A stretch of DNA of 64,000 bases from Eledone cirrhosa. Lineage: Eukaryota. Position 1 is the first letter of the stretch, and every line of letters starts with the position of its first letter. Below the pieces are notes generated by a model, which saw only the letters and a program-made list of their open reading frames with translations, made no database searches and was not told the DNA's origin. The translations under genes and the position numbers were made by a program. Where the stretch lies: assembly GCA_964016885.1 (NCBI GenBank), contig OZ024740.1:235910001-235974000 (forward strand), read 5' to 3'. Positions 53,341-64,000 of this stretch are shown piece after piece.

Positions 53341-55993
53341 GAGTCAATAGAAAATCAGTGTAGTAAAAACCAAGATCATTCAACTAGTGTCTACATTATT
53401 GGAGGGGCTTAAACCACAAAAGCCCCTTAGTGCTGGAAGGCTTGTGTGAACAATAACAATGTTACTTGTAGGTTTATAAGTGGCTAATCACTGGTTCATT
53501 GTATTTACAATAGCAAAAGTAACTAGAGGGGCTTGTGCACTCAGTACCTTGAAAGTCTTGTAGACCAGGATGGCTCTTGTGATAATCTGTGGAAGTTTGT
53601 TCTAAATTCTATTAGTCAACAGACAACAAAAATTTCCTGTCCAGAATTTGGGTATTGGCATCATGTGTTGAGAAGCTGTGAACAGATATAAATGTAATAG
53701 CCCTCGTAAAACTGCATCACATATAGGTGGTAATTGTGCTGCTTGTATATAGAGTGGTGCATGATAATTGTATGGTATATCTAATGGTTAGTGTGTTCTG
53801 TATGGTATGTACATTAGGTGAAGTGTATGTGATAGTTAATGTTTATTGTATGGTCTACAGGTATGCTGTGAATTTTTTACTCAAGCTGTAAAATATCAGG
53901 ATATTTAGAAGACTTGAGTGTTTTTAATGCACTGCATCAGGGCGTGCTTATTCCTTTGTGGCAAAATGCAATGTTTGCATAATAAAACTTTTAAAAAGCC
54001 AGTGGTGTGCTGTAACATTTTTTTAGCAGTGTGCCAGAGATGGGAAAAGGTTGAGAAATACTGGTGTAGCTTAAAGAATGTCAAGTGTAGAGTGAAGCTA
54101 TAATGTAAAGATAACATAACAACATTAACTTTATCTTATCAGTTTTAGCAGAAGACAACCTTAAATTCTCCTTGAGAAGTAGACAGTTGCCTATCTAGGC
54201 TTTCATTGCAGTATTTGGTACCAGCAGAGTAAAACAGTTGATTGTCATTATCATCATTTACCTTAGAGAGGAATCAATGATGGCGCATCTACCTAGTCTC
54301 TCAAACTTCTAGAAATAGTAACCAAATCTCCCTGAAATCATACTCTGTCATCTTAAAAGTGGAAGACATATTAGATAATGTCTTTTTTTTTCTATTATAG
54401 TGTTTATTCTGCTTTGTGTAGGAACTGTGTATTTTATTGATATCACTGAGTTGTCACTCTATCTGACATTGTAAGTCCCTCATCCTTGCTAGGTCCTAAA
54501 ACACCCATTTTCTGCCATGATGAAGCTGTTGGTATAAGACAGAACTTGAACAATAAAATCAAACTCTACTGTCTTAAACAAAGAAGGATACATTAGATAA
54601 TTGTAGTCCTAAATATCCCTTAAAAGACAGATGGTAATGGCCTAATTACTTTTGAACATAGGTCTGCTTGATCAGGGTTGACTTGATCAGCCTAAACAAC
54701 AATAACAATGTTGCCTTTGTATTTAATTTAATTTGAAAATAATCAATAATTTGGTTGCATTTAATAAAGCAACAAACTTTTAGATCAATAAGTTCGTGTT
54801 TTTGAATATAAACTTAACAGTTTTGACAAAAAATTATAATAGTTGATTTTAATTTTAATATGAACTCTTTAAAAAAAACCCCAGGATTTCTTTCTCAGCA
54901 GGAGAAATGGTTGCAGGCACATTGGCTTCAAGGAACAGAGGCAAACTGATCATGTGGCAGTTCGGTAATGACTGATGGGCATTCGGGCAATGACTGGTGG
55001 GCTGCTGGAATGGATAAAAAATACTGCTGAAAAAATGTCATGAAAAACTGAAGTCAGTGCTACACAAATATATTGAAATGGAATATGTCTTAGCTGAGCA
55101 GTAGAAACATGCCTCAGGTCCTCAGAAGTCAGCAGTCTGTTAGTCAGCGTTGCCCAGATGCCCAGGCTGGTTTTAAGACTCAGTCTGCTTTTGTCAAAAA
55201 GGTTAAGTGTTTGATATTTTAGAAACCACTTAAGCTAGTAGCTATATGTTTTTATCTATGATTACTAAGGAAAATAAAATATTGCTATCTTTATTTGTTC
55301 TGAAATTTTTCTTGCTATATATAAAGCCATTTAGATATTAAGTAAACTGTGTGCTCTCCTCACTCATATACTATGATTATAGCGATAATGAAATCAGTTG
55401 TACCAAACATGAAAGGCAAAAGAATTATATTCATGCCCAGTGGTTCACATAAATACCATATCTTTAAGTTATTAATGGTTGTAATATTTTGTATCAATGA
55501 GTATAATCATTATCATAATATTATTGGTTATTGTAGGTATTTATGCCTATAATAGTCAGAAATCAAGGTTATATTATTAGTTAGTAGCAATACTAGTTGA
55601 TATTCATGACTATAGAAATTATTAGTATGGTGGATTAACAGTATTGGTAGAGTGTCTGATAACATGCTTTGCAGCATACAGGTACAATTGTTTACATTTG
55701 GAGTTCAAATCCTGCCAAAGTTAGCTTTGCCTTTCATCCTTGCGAGGTCGACAAAATAAAGTACCAGTAAAGCGCTGGGGCTCAATTTAATTGACTTTCC
55801 CGTTTCCCTTTGGCAGTTGACATAATACTGGTGGCTATAGTAACTATTAGTGTAGGTGGTGGGGTTATAGGGGGTAATAATAGCATGGCTTTGTGGTTAG
55901 AGTATTCAGCTCACAATCGTAAGTTTGTGAATTTGGTTCCCGGTGATGCATTGTGTCATTCAGCAAGACACTGTATTTCATGTTGCTCTAGTC

Positions 55994-56384
55994 TGTAGCA
56001 GGAGTTGCCTATCTGGCGGGAAGTAATGTAGCAGGAGCTGCCTCCCTTGTTGTGACACTCACAACCCCAATAGATTAACGGTCTCTAGACAGGAAGTAGA
56101 ACCCTTTCTGTAACTTCCAGTCAGAACCCTATAAAACTAACAACTTTAAGTTTTCTATCTCTCATTTGCCTTTTCGGTCAGGCCACTCCTGGCTTTCGCC
56201 AGGAGTCTTCACTCAGGCGTGTGTAATCCTGGCAACCCAGCGGTAACTAATAACTTTGTTTCATTCTTTCATCTACTCATTGACTTGTCACTTATACTGT
56301 TCTATATATCCACATATTGTTAATTAAATATTATACACACAAACCACTTCTTGTTGCATTCATACAACCCAGTATTTCGCTATA
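55994..56384 (+). mobile_element. Solo LTR inserted in a SINE
   Basis: TGTAGC...GCTATA termini, 4-bp TSD AGTC, TATA-like motif; flanks rejoin into the SINE also seen at 63410-63670. Confidence 0.7.
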
Positions 56385-57044
56385 AGTCCTCTCAGCTGTA
56401 GAAATGAGTTGTACCTGTAATTCGAAGGGCCAGCCTTGTCATATTCTGTGTCACGCTGAATCTACCTGACAATTATGTTAGTGGTAAGTATGTCTGTTGA
56501 ATGCTCAGCCACTTTCACGTTAATTTCATGAGCAGGCTGTTCCGTTGATCGGATTAACTGGAAAACTCGTCATTGTAACCGATGGAGTGCCTTCCTTCCT
56601 TCCTAATTGCAATGCTGACTATAGTATTTAGTATCGATGTCTTTAGGTTAGTCCGAAGACAACCTAAATCAAGTCGATCTATGATCAAATGCATTTTAAC
56701 CATGACTATGCCAACTTTGTTTTTCTGTTATAGTGTATGTAGGACTACATTATCCAATGCTCCTTCCAATGTGTGTAAAGACAGTAGTTGTGATCTGAGA
56801 GAGGTTTGTTTGTTACTTGTTATACAAATTTGTAAAAATGAAATGTCAGTTATGACTGAGCAGATCTATGATTAAAGATTTTCCAGGAATAGTTATTCTA
56901 GGACAACATGGTTTAATGTGATCTTTATTCTTATAAAATGGTCGGGTGTGATTTGAAGGAGATTCAATTGCAAGTACGAGCATACTGAGTAAACATATAC
57001 AGACTCTCATTGGCTTGCATTGGTGGCTATAGTTGTTAGGTTAC

Positions 57045-57748
57045 ATATAGGCTATTGCAAGATCACATGTGGGTTGTTGCAAGGTCAAATATGAGCTATT
57101 GCAAGATCACATGTGGGTTGTTGCAAGGTCAAATATGAGCTATTGCAAGATCACATGTGGGTTGTTGCAAGGTCAAATATGAGCTATTGCAACATCACAT
57201 GTGGGTTGTTGCAAGGTCAAATATGAGCTATTGCAACATCACATGTGGGTTGTTGCAAGGTCAAATATGAGCTATTGCAAGATCACATGTGGGTTGTTGC
57301 AAGGTCAAATATGAGCTATTGCAACATCACATGTGGGTTGTTGCAAGGTCAAATATGAGCTATTGCAAGATCACGTGGGTTGTTGCAAGGTCAAATATGA
57401 ACTATTGCAAGATCACATGTGGGTTGTTGCAAGGTCAAATATGAGCTATTGCAAGATCACATGTGGGTTGTTGCAAGGTCAAATATGAGCTATTGCAAGA
57501 TCACATGTGGGTTGTTGCAAGGTCAAATATGAACTATTGCAAGAGCACATGTGGGTTGTTGCAAGGTTAAATATGAACTATTGCAAGATCACATGTGGGT
57601 TGTTGCAAGGTCAAATATGAGCTTTTGCAAGATCACATGTGGGTTGTTGCAAGATCACATGTGGGTTGTTGCAAGGTCACATGTGGGTTGTTGCAAGGTC
57701 ACATGTGGGTTGTTGTAAAGTCACATGTGGTCTGTTTCAAAGTCATGT
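57045..57748. repeat. Minisatellite: 44-bp unit built from two 22-bp subunits, ~14 copies plus monomers
   Basis: gctattgcaagatcacatgtgg + gttgttgcaaggtcaaatatga repeated. Confidence 0.95.
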
Positions 57749-57892
57749 GATGAAGAGGCTGAATGAGTTGTAACAATACTCGTGAGATGGGCAGCATTTA
57801 TAATGCCTCATAGAGGAGGGGACAAGAATAAAAGAAATACAGAGAGAGAGGGATGGGAGTGGGGAGAAAAAATAGTATTTTGAAATAGAATA

Positions 57893-58064
57893 TACCATAT
57901 TTTCTGTCGTAAAAGAGGCTACTTTTTTCCTAAAATAAGTCTAAAAGAGCTACCATGTGTCCTGGAGGCCGAAGGTTGTTTATTATTTTTTTTCAAATTT
58001 TTGGTTGTCAAAATTAGGGTGTGTCCTCGAGGACGGAGCGTCTTCAGTGCCGGGAAATACGGTA
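57893..58064. mobile_element. MITE related to 28499-28642
   Basis: Shares the internal ggttgtcaaaattagggtg segment and the ccgggaaatacggta end. Confidence 0.65.
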
Positions 58065-58308
58065 TTTTAGGTAGAAACAATTAAGTCTTATCTTTGTCAT
58101 CTTCATCATTTTTATGTCTGCTTTTTCATACTAGAATGGGTCAGGTGAGACTTTTTTGAAGCAGTTTTTTTACAGCCAGATGCCCTTTCTGACATTAATC
58201 CATACTTTATTCATATGTTTCGCATATCTCACTCACCTTTATTGATCACTACACTGTGTGTGGGATGTATTATTTATGCATGGCATAAATAAACTTTAGC
58301 TGCTTTAA

Positions 58309-58517
58309 TCCTTTAGCATTTACATTGCTCTATATTTACTATTGTAGTTTTGTGGTAAAGGCTTTACCTTACATAATATCGAATCTACGAAATTTTGATA
58401 AGTTTTTATTTTGAGAACAATACCTAAACCTCAGTATGAGTGGCCAGTTACAACCGGTTTGAACAGAAAGAGGTGAGAGAATTCTGGCCGGATTTGGCTG
58501 GTTTAAATGCTAAAAGG
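58309..58517 (-). mobile_element. piggyBac-type MITE copy 3 (inverted)
   Basis: Reverse complement of the same ~208-bp element, flanked by TTAA on both sides. Confidence 0.8.
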
Positions 58518-59456
58518 TTAAACGTTTATATGAAGACATGCAGTAAACTGATACACACACACACACACACGTATACATATATACCTATCTGCTTACTCAG
58601 CCTATATACCTACCTACAATTCTACATTCTACATTCATACATACATATACTTCTGATTATATACATACAGAAAATTTCCTTTTGGCTTTATTCATTAACT
58701 CTGGTCAAATATTTCTCGAAAGTATGGAATGGCAGTGTAGATGAAACAAGAAGACCTGACAGACACTATTTGAATAATTACAGCAGAGTTTCTACTTTAT
58801 GTAATTGATCAACAGTAGAAGTGTTAATAATGATAGGTGAAATGGCCTGTAGGGTTAGTATGAAGTAATCAGAAGTGAATAAATGGAGTGATCAGCATAG
58901 AACAAAATGTTTAATGGGGTTGAAGGTGCAGTGGTGAGAAGCGTGAGGTGAAGTGGTCAGCACTGAATGGGGTGGTGTTGTCAGCATTGAACAGGTTCAA
59001 TTGGTTAGTAGTAGTTAAGGGTGCAATGGTCAGTGGGGTTAGTGTGAGGGAAAGTGACTAGCACTGGGAGATGTTATGATTCACAGCGACTTTTTAGTGT
59101 AGTGGTTAATGCACTTGCTCGACATCTGGGAGGATGCAGAGTTTGATAACTTGAATGTGCCCCTTTCCACTTTTTTCCATCTCCAAAGGCACCTTGTCCA
59201 ATTTTCTCAACTATTATTTATAGCGACTGACAAATATTTTGGCCATTTGCATTGGGACACATACATTTCAAATTTCCCCAGTACTTCCTAAATTAACTGC
59301 TTTGTTTACCCTTTCCCTTCTCTCTCCTTATATATATATCAGCGCCAACAGTTTTCCAAGAGATGTCAACATGAATGGACCTGTTATTTTTATCTAAAGA
59401 CATTTTTTCCAATTCCAACCCGTCCGTCCCTTCAATCTATCTTATTTCTCATTCTT

Positions 59457-59492
59457 TCTTCTGATGAAGGACTAGCGTCTGAAACGTTAAGA
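59457..59492 (+). ncRNA. Minimal type I hammerhead motif (Penelope-like)
   Basis: TCTT-CTGATGA-A-GGAC(TAGC)GTCT-GAAACGTT-AAGA: core, short stem II, palindromic ACGT stem III, 4-bp stem I. Confidence 0.6.
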
Positions 59493-59867
59493 CCCTCTTC
59501 CTGCTATTTCAAGCATTAACCTAATATATTCCTTCCATATACTGTACTGATTGTGTTGTTTTTTTCTGTTTACCTTTTACTATATACATATATACATATC
59601 CTGGTATCTATATAAGCATTTCTAACTTTAATTTTATACCTAATTGTGTATGGTTGACCGGATATTTAATTAATTTCCACGTGCTGTTGAAATGTTGGGT
59701 AAATATTCTATAGCGGTTGGCCGCAAAGACGCCACTGTCGTGTATTTATTTACTGTTTCTTCATAGGTGCCTTTTAATCTTAAAGCCTGGTCTAATTGAT
59801 TTTTTGTGTGGTTAATTATGCTGTATATATATTATCAAATAATTCTCTGGACATGCTTTACTTTATA

Positions 59868-59907
<40 letters not shown>

Positions 59908-60736
59908 TTTGGTGAGGTATATAAACATTAGCAATGAGACGGAAATGCCAGTGCTCTTCATGTAAAGTTTCCCATGATATTTGTTCTACACTGAGTTACA
60001 AACACTCGTTTATCATTCTTGCCTTGGGAACTGGAGTGAACCAGTGATTGGAGCCTATTGGAAGCCAAAGATGCTATTGTTCATGGAAGTGCGATATATA
60101 AAAGTAAAAAAGAAAAGAAAAATCCAGAATGGATATGTGGTGAAGTGGAAATGGAACTCAGAATATAAAGCAGTGCAGCTAAATTATTTTGTTCACTGTT
60201 CTGCCATTCTGTTTATCTTAAATATATAACTAACATTAAGATCACATTACAGCTGTAACATATCCTGAAAGTATATAATATATATGATAGATAAAAGTAT
60301 AAATATTATACACACATAATAGCATTGTGCTTTCCTCTCTTGTCTGTTGGTCATTTAATATATCTTCTGCTCTTTCCATTTAGTTAAAGGTTAGTGATAT
60401 TAGCTGCCCAGTGTCTATTTTATTCCTCTCTCTCAGTTTATACATATCAGCTGTCACCATCATTCTTACTCTAGCTATATTTCTCATTCCTTCTCCAGTT
60501 TCCATTCACATTCTCTCTATATAATTCATTATCGGTTCTTTCCTTTCTCTTTTAAATGTATTTTCCACTCCCCTCCTCCAGTTGCCACCCACATGTATAT
60601 CCCTCCCATCACACACAATCTGACACACACATGTATTCTACATACACACCTCATGTGATATCTTATATATATCCTAAAAGTATGACATTCTTATTTTCAT
60701 TTCACCTCTTTGTGTTTACTTATTTATCTTTTACAG

Positions 60737-61114
60737 AACCTGCGAAAGACTTACCTCTATGATTTCCATGTTGAGAAGGGTGGCAGAATGGTACCATTTG
60801 GTGGCTGGGCGATGCCTGTTCAATACAAAGATGGAATTCGAGACTCTCACAATCATGTACGAAACCATGTTGGTATATTTGATGTCTCCCACATGATGCA
60901 GACCAAAATTCATGGCAAAGACCGTGTGGCATTCATGGAAAGCCTCACTCTTGCTAATGTGAAGATCCTGAAACCTGGAGTTGGTTGCTTAACAGTGTTT
61001 ACTAATGAAAAGGGAGGTATTAATGATGATTTGATCGTCACAAATGCCAGTGAAGGGTATCTTTACGTTGTGTCGAATGCTGCATGTGATCATAAAGATT
61101 TTGCTAACATGGAG
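60737..61114 (+). CDS. AMT: AMT exon 2 ([11 protein letters not shown]...[16 protein letters not shown]...GIFDVSHM...GGINDDLIV...YVVSNAAC...)
   Basis: Hallmark GcvT motifs; acceptor ttttacag, donor gtaag; 378 nt. Confidence 0.97.
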
Positions 61115-61986
61115 GTAAGATTTTGTTATGGAATTTTTGTAGTTGTTGCTTAGTCCTAGGTTAGCTTTGATTGAGCATATCTATGATCAAAGACATTTCA
61201 GCTGTAACTATCCTGTCTTTTTCAGGGTGTATAGAATTGCATTATCTCATGTTCTTTCTTCATTTAAGTCTATAAGGTGTGTTCTGCAGGAGATGGGGTT
61301 GCTATTTTTAGCAGGTCAAGCAATGATGTACAGATTTTTGTGTTGGTTCATAGCTTTAACATGGAGGAGATGGGTCTGCTAATAAAGAACCACCAGCTTC
61401 AGCAGCTGTCCACTATCACTATCGTCTATTTTACCACCATCCCTTCATCAGTACCATCACCACCAACATCAGCAGCAATGTGCCAATAAAGAAACCTTTG
61501 TCAATAAAATCTCCCTTAAATCACACCATATCATCTTGAGAAGAGGACATTTTGGACAATGCAATCCTAAATATACAAAAGACCAGTTGGTTGGAACTAG
61601 AAATGCCTACTTAATCAAGGCTGACTTAGGTATAAATACAACCATGACAACCACCACCACCACTAACAACAACAACAATAGCAGCAATAATACAGAAGCC
61701 AACATTATCAATTGACTTGTTAGAAATAACAGTCAAATTTCCTTTAAATCATAACCCTATCAACTTGAAAATAATATCCAAGACTATATTGGATAAAGTA
61801 GTATTATAAATACATGAAAAAAAACAAAGTCAAGAGTAAATGATCATAGCTATAACACTTTTGATCATATGTTTGCTCAGTCAGATTTGATCTGTGATCA
61901 TAACAATAACAAGATGAATAACAAGACATGATCACCACTAACACCAATTACCATAAAATTATACAAAATTTTTGTTCAATTTTCAG

Positions 61987-62065
61987 GCAAAAGCTGCTGA
62001 GTTTCATAGTAAAGGTCTTGATGTTACCTTAGAACGACTAACAAACTCATTGATTGCTGTTCAAG
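61987..62065 (+). CDS. AMT: AMT exon 3 (AKAAEFHSKGLDVTLERLTNSLIAVQG)
   Basis: Acceptor ttttcag, donor gtaagt, 79 nt; LIAVQG(P) GcvT motif. Confidence 0.93.
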
Positions 62066-63404
62066 GTAAGTAGGACCACCCTTCCACCCCTTCAGCACTC
62101 TAGGCCATATTTAAAATGTATGCTCCTGAAAAACTAAGACTGAAAAAGAAAAACACTCTATAAACACATTTCTATCCCATACTTAATCCTTGCTTCACTT
62201 TTTATTCGACAAATATGTACATCATAATACAAGAAAAATCTGATAATTAGGATATAGAAAAACGATTTCAACTCGGTCTGGCAAGACAAAGAATTAAGTT
62301 TTTACATCCATTTTTCCATGCTTGAGTTAGACAAGTCCTTCTCAGCACCGTATCTCTCCACTCGCCATGTTCCTTCGTCATTTCCTCTGTGAGTCTCAGC
62401 AATTTATGGTCAGCTCTCACCCCCTCTGCACAGTTTTTTTTGGGTTTATCTCTACTTGTGTGTGTTTGTGTGAGGTCACCATACAAGATAATTGAGATAC
62501 TTTTTCCTTTGACTACAGTCAGGAAATTACTGAGCCTGTATTTCCCACTCCTTAGTCCACACGCATCCATGCTAAATCATGTGGTAGGTCATAACATTAC
62601 ACGATCCTTTCATTTTCCATGCCACTGCACTGCTGTTCATCATCCTCTTCTGTTCTGGCAGTGATCTCACATGTTCTTTTTATAACTTAAGTTTCATGTT
62701 TTTAGTTGGATCAAGACATTTGTCTTAAGTTGCTCAGAATTTGAGTGGCACCTATAGATTTTAGTGTCCTATGTGATCATCTTTGCCTAGTGTGTAGTGT
62801 TGCCTCTGGATGGTAAATATTCAGGAAGTTGTTGCTTGTGTTGGGAATGGAGAATTTATTTGTGCAAAAAACAAAACCAAGCAAAGCTGCAATTGTCAAG
62901 CGTGTAATACCTGTCTCTTTTTTTCTCTTTTGCATTGAGAAACTCTTCAATAGCTGACACAAACAACTCCCTGAAATTCTCCAACCCCTTCTTTACACAA
63001 ACTATTAAAAAAAGAAAAACATTGAATAAATGTAATCCTGAATAAACTTTATCTGAAAACTACAGAATGGTTATCATTGAAATGATTTTGATAATGCCAC
63101 CAGGTTCAACTGCTACATGGTATTGAAACATGGTACGGGACACAGAATGTGAAATAATCGTTGGACAGGATATAATGAAAGGAGGAGAAAAAGAAGTTCA
63201 GAGATTTGTTACAATGTGTTGGGAATGAAAAGTTTCTCTGTTAAAAAAGGAAATCATTATAATGTATAAGGAGTATTATGGAAACGGACACTGAATGTGG
63301 ATCAATATTGTTATACAATATTCTGTTATAACGAAATTCACGGGGTATAAAAAATAATTTGTTGTAACCAAAAATTCATTATAACGAGATCGACTCAACA
63401 CATC

Positions 63405-63670
63405 GAACGTGTGGCTGGGGATTTGGCTGGCAATCATAAGATTTGGAGTTCGATTCCTAGTGGCATGTTGTGTCCTTGAGCAAAATATTTTATTTCACAT
63501 TGCTCCAGTTCACTCAGCTGGCAAAAATAAGTTGTATCTGTGTTGTACTTGAATCTCTTTGAGAGCTACGCTTTGGGTGCACGTGTCTGTGGAATGCTCA
63601 GCCATCTGCTTGTTAATTTCATGAGCCGGGAGTTCTGGTGTTCGAATAATTGAAAAACTTGTTGAAACAG
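63405..63670 (+). mobile_element. tRNA-head-like SINE (second family; related copies near 3260, 7780, 11720, 25570, 55890)
   Basis: gttcgattcc B-box-like head followed by a shared body. Confidence 0.55.
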
Positions 63671-63849
63671 ATGAAAATCTAACAAGATCACCAATGTTTA
63701 AGTATTGTTAATTCTTAGAAGAATGGATTGGTAGAGGCTTTTCTGCCCTGGTTATAACTTTTTCCAGATGGTTGGTATGGAACATTGAAAAGTGTATCTA
63801 AGCATCCTTTAAAAGTCTGAAGAAACTTTTGTTAAGATTCTCAGCCTAT

Positions 63850-64000
63850 TTGAAAAGCAGCAGGCTTCCCTTCCCAGCTCTAGCCGGTGGGGGTGGATTG
63901 AGGGGACGGCAAAAGGCCAGATGGCATGACCATCTTCCCGTTCCGCGGTGGCAAACTCCTCGTCTGGGATGCCACTTGCACCGACACTTTCTGCAGCCGC
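63850..64000 (+). mobile_element. CRE-like retrotransposon fragment running off the window end
   Basis: [30 protein letters not shown], homologous to 40540-40760. Confidence 0.75.

Larger units (their letters stand above)
45933..62065 (+). other. AMT: AMT (glycine cleavage system T protein, mitochondrial aminomethyltransferase) gene span; 3' part lies outside the window
   Basis: Three phase-consistent exons encoding a presequence plus the GcvT N-terminal domain. Confidence 0.92.

Noticed and set aside
57045-57748. CRISPR-like appearance of the regular array
   Set aside because: No unique spacers, no cas genes, eukaryotic intron; it is a plain minisatellite.

Overview
AT-rich, microsatellite- and repeat-dense animal genomic DNA. 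The repeat and gene style suggests an octopus or other coleoid cephalopod, which is inference and not proven. Two divergently transcribed, intron-rich protein-coding genes are present. (1) ING3 (chromatin reader with a PHD finger) on the minus strand: ten coding exons traced with GT-AG sites and consistent phases from the ATG at 31413 down to 959. The last PHD exon lies left of the window, and the protein carries a ~50-Gln tract. (2) AMT/gcvT (glycine cleavage T-protein) on the plus strand: a mitochondrial-presequence exon at 45933-46049 and exons at 60737-61114 and 61987-62065, continuing beyond the window. The rest is intron or intergenic DNA filled with decayed RTE LINEs, CRE-like non-LTR fragments, mariner/Tc1 remnants, piggyBac-, hAT- and Tc1-type MITEs, Helitron-like elements, SINEs, a solo LTR and minisatellites. 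Most notable observations: a complete type-I hammerhead-ribozyme fold inside a 91-bp inverted repeat (35714-35991); a second minimal hammerhead in AMT intron 1; a perfect 127-bp-arm hairpin ~1 kb upstream of ING3; a tandem array carrying repeated let-7 seed matches; a candidate 15-nt ING3 microexon that would create a KKRR NLS; and a candidate PHD-removing alternative exon.
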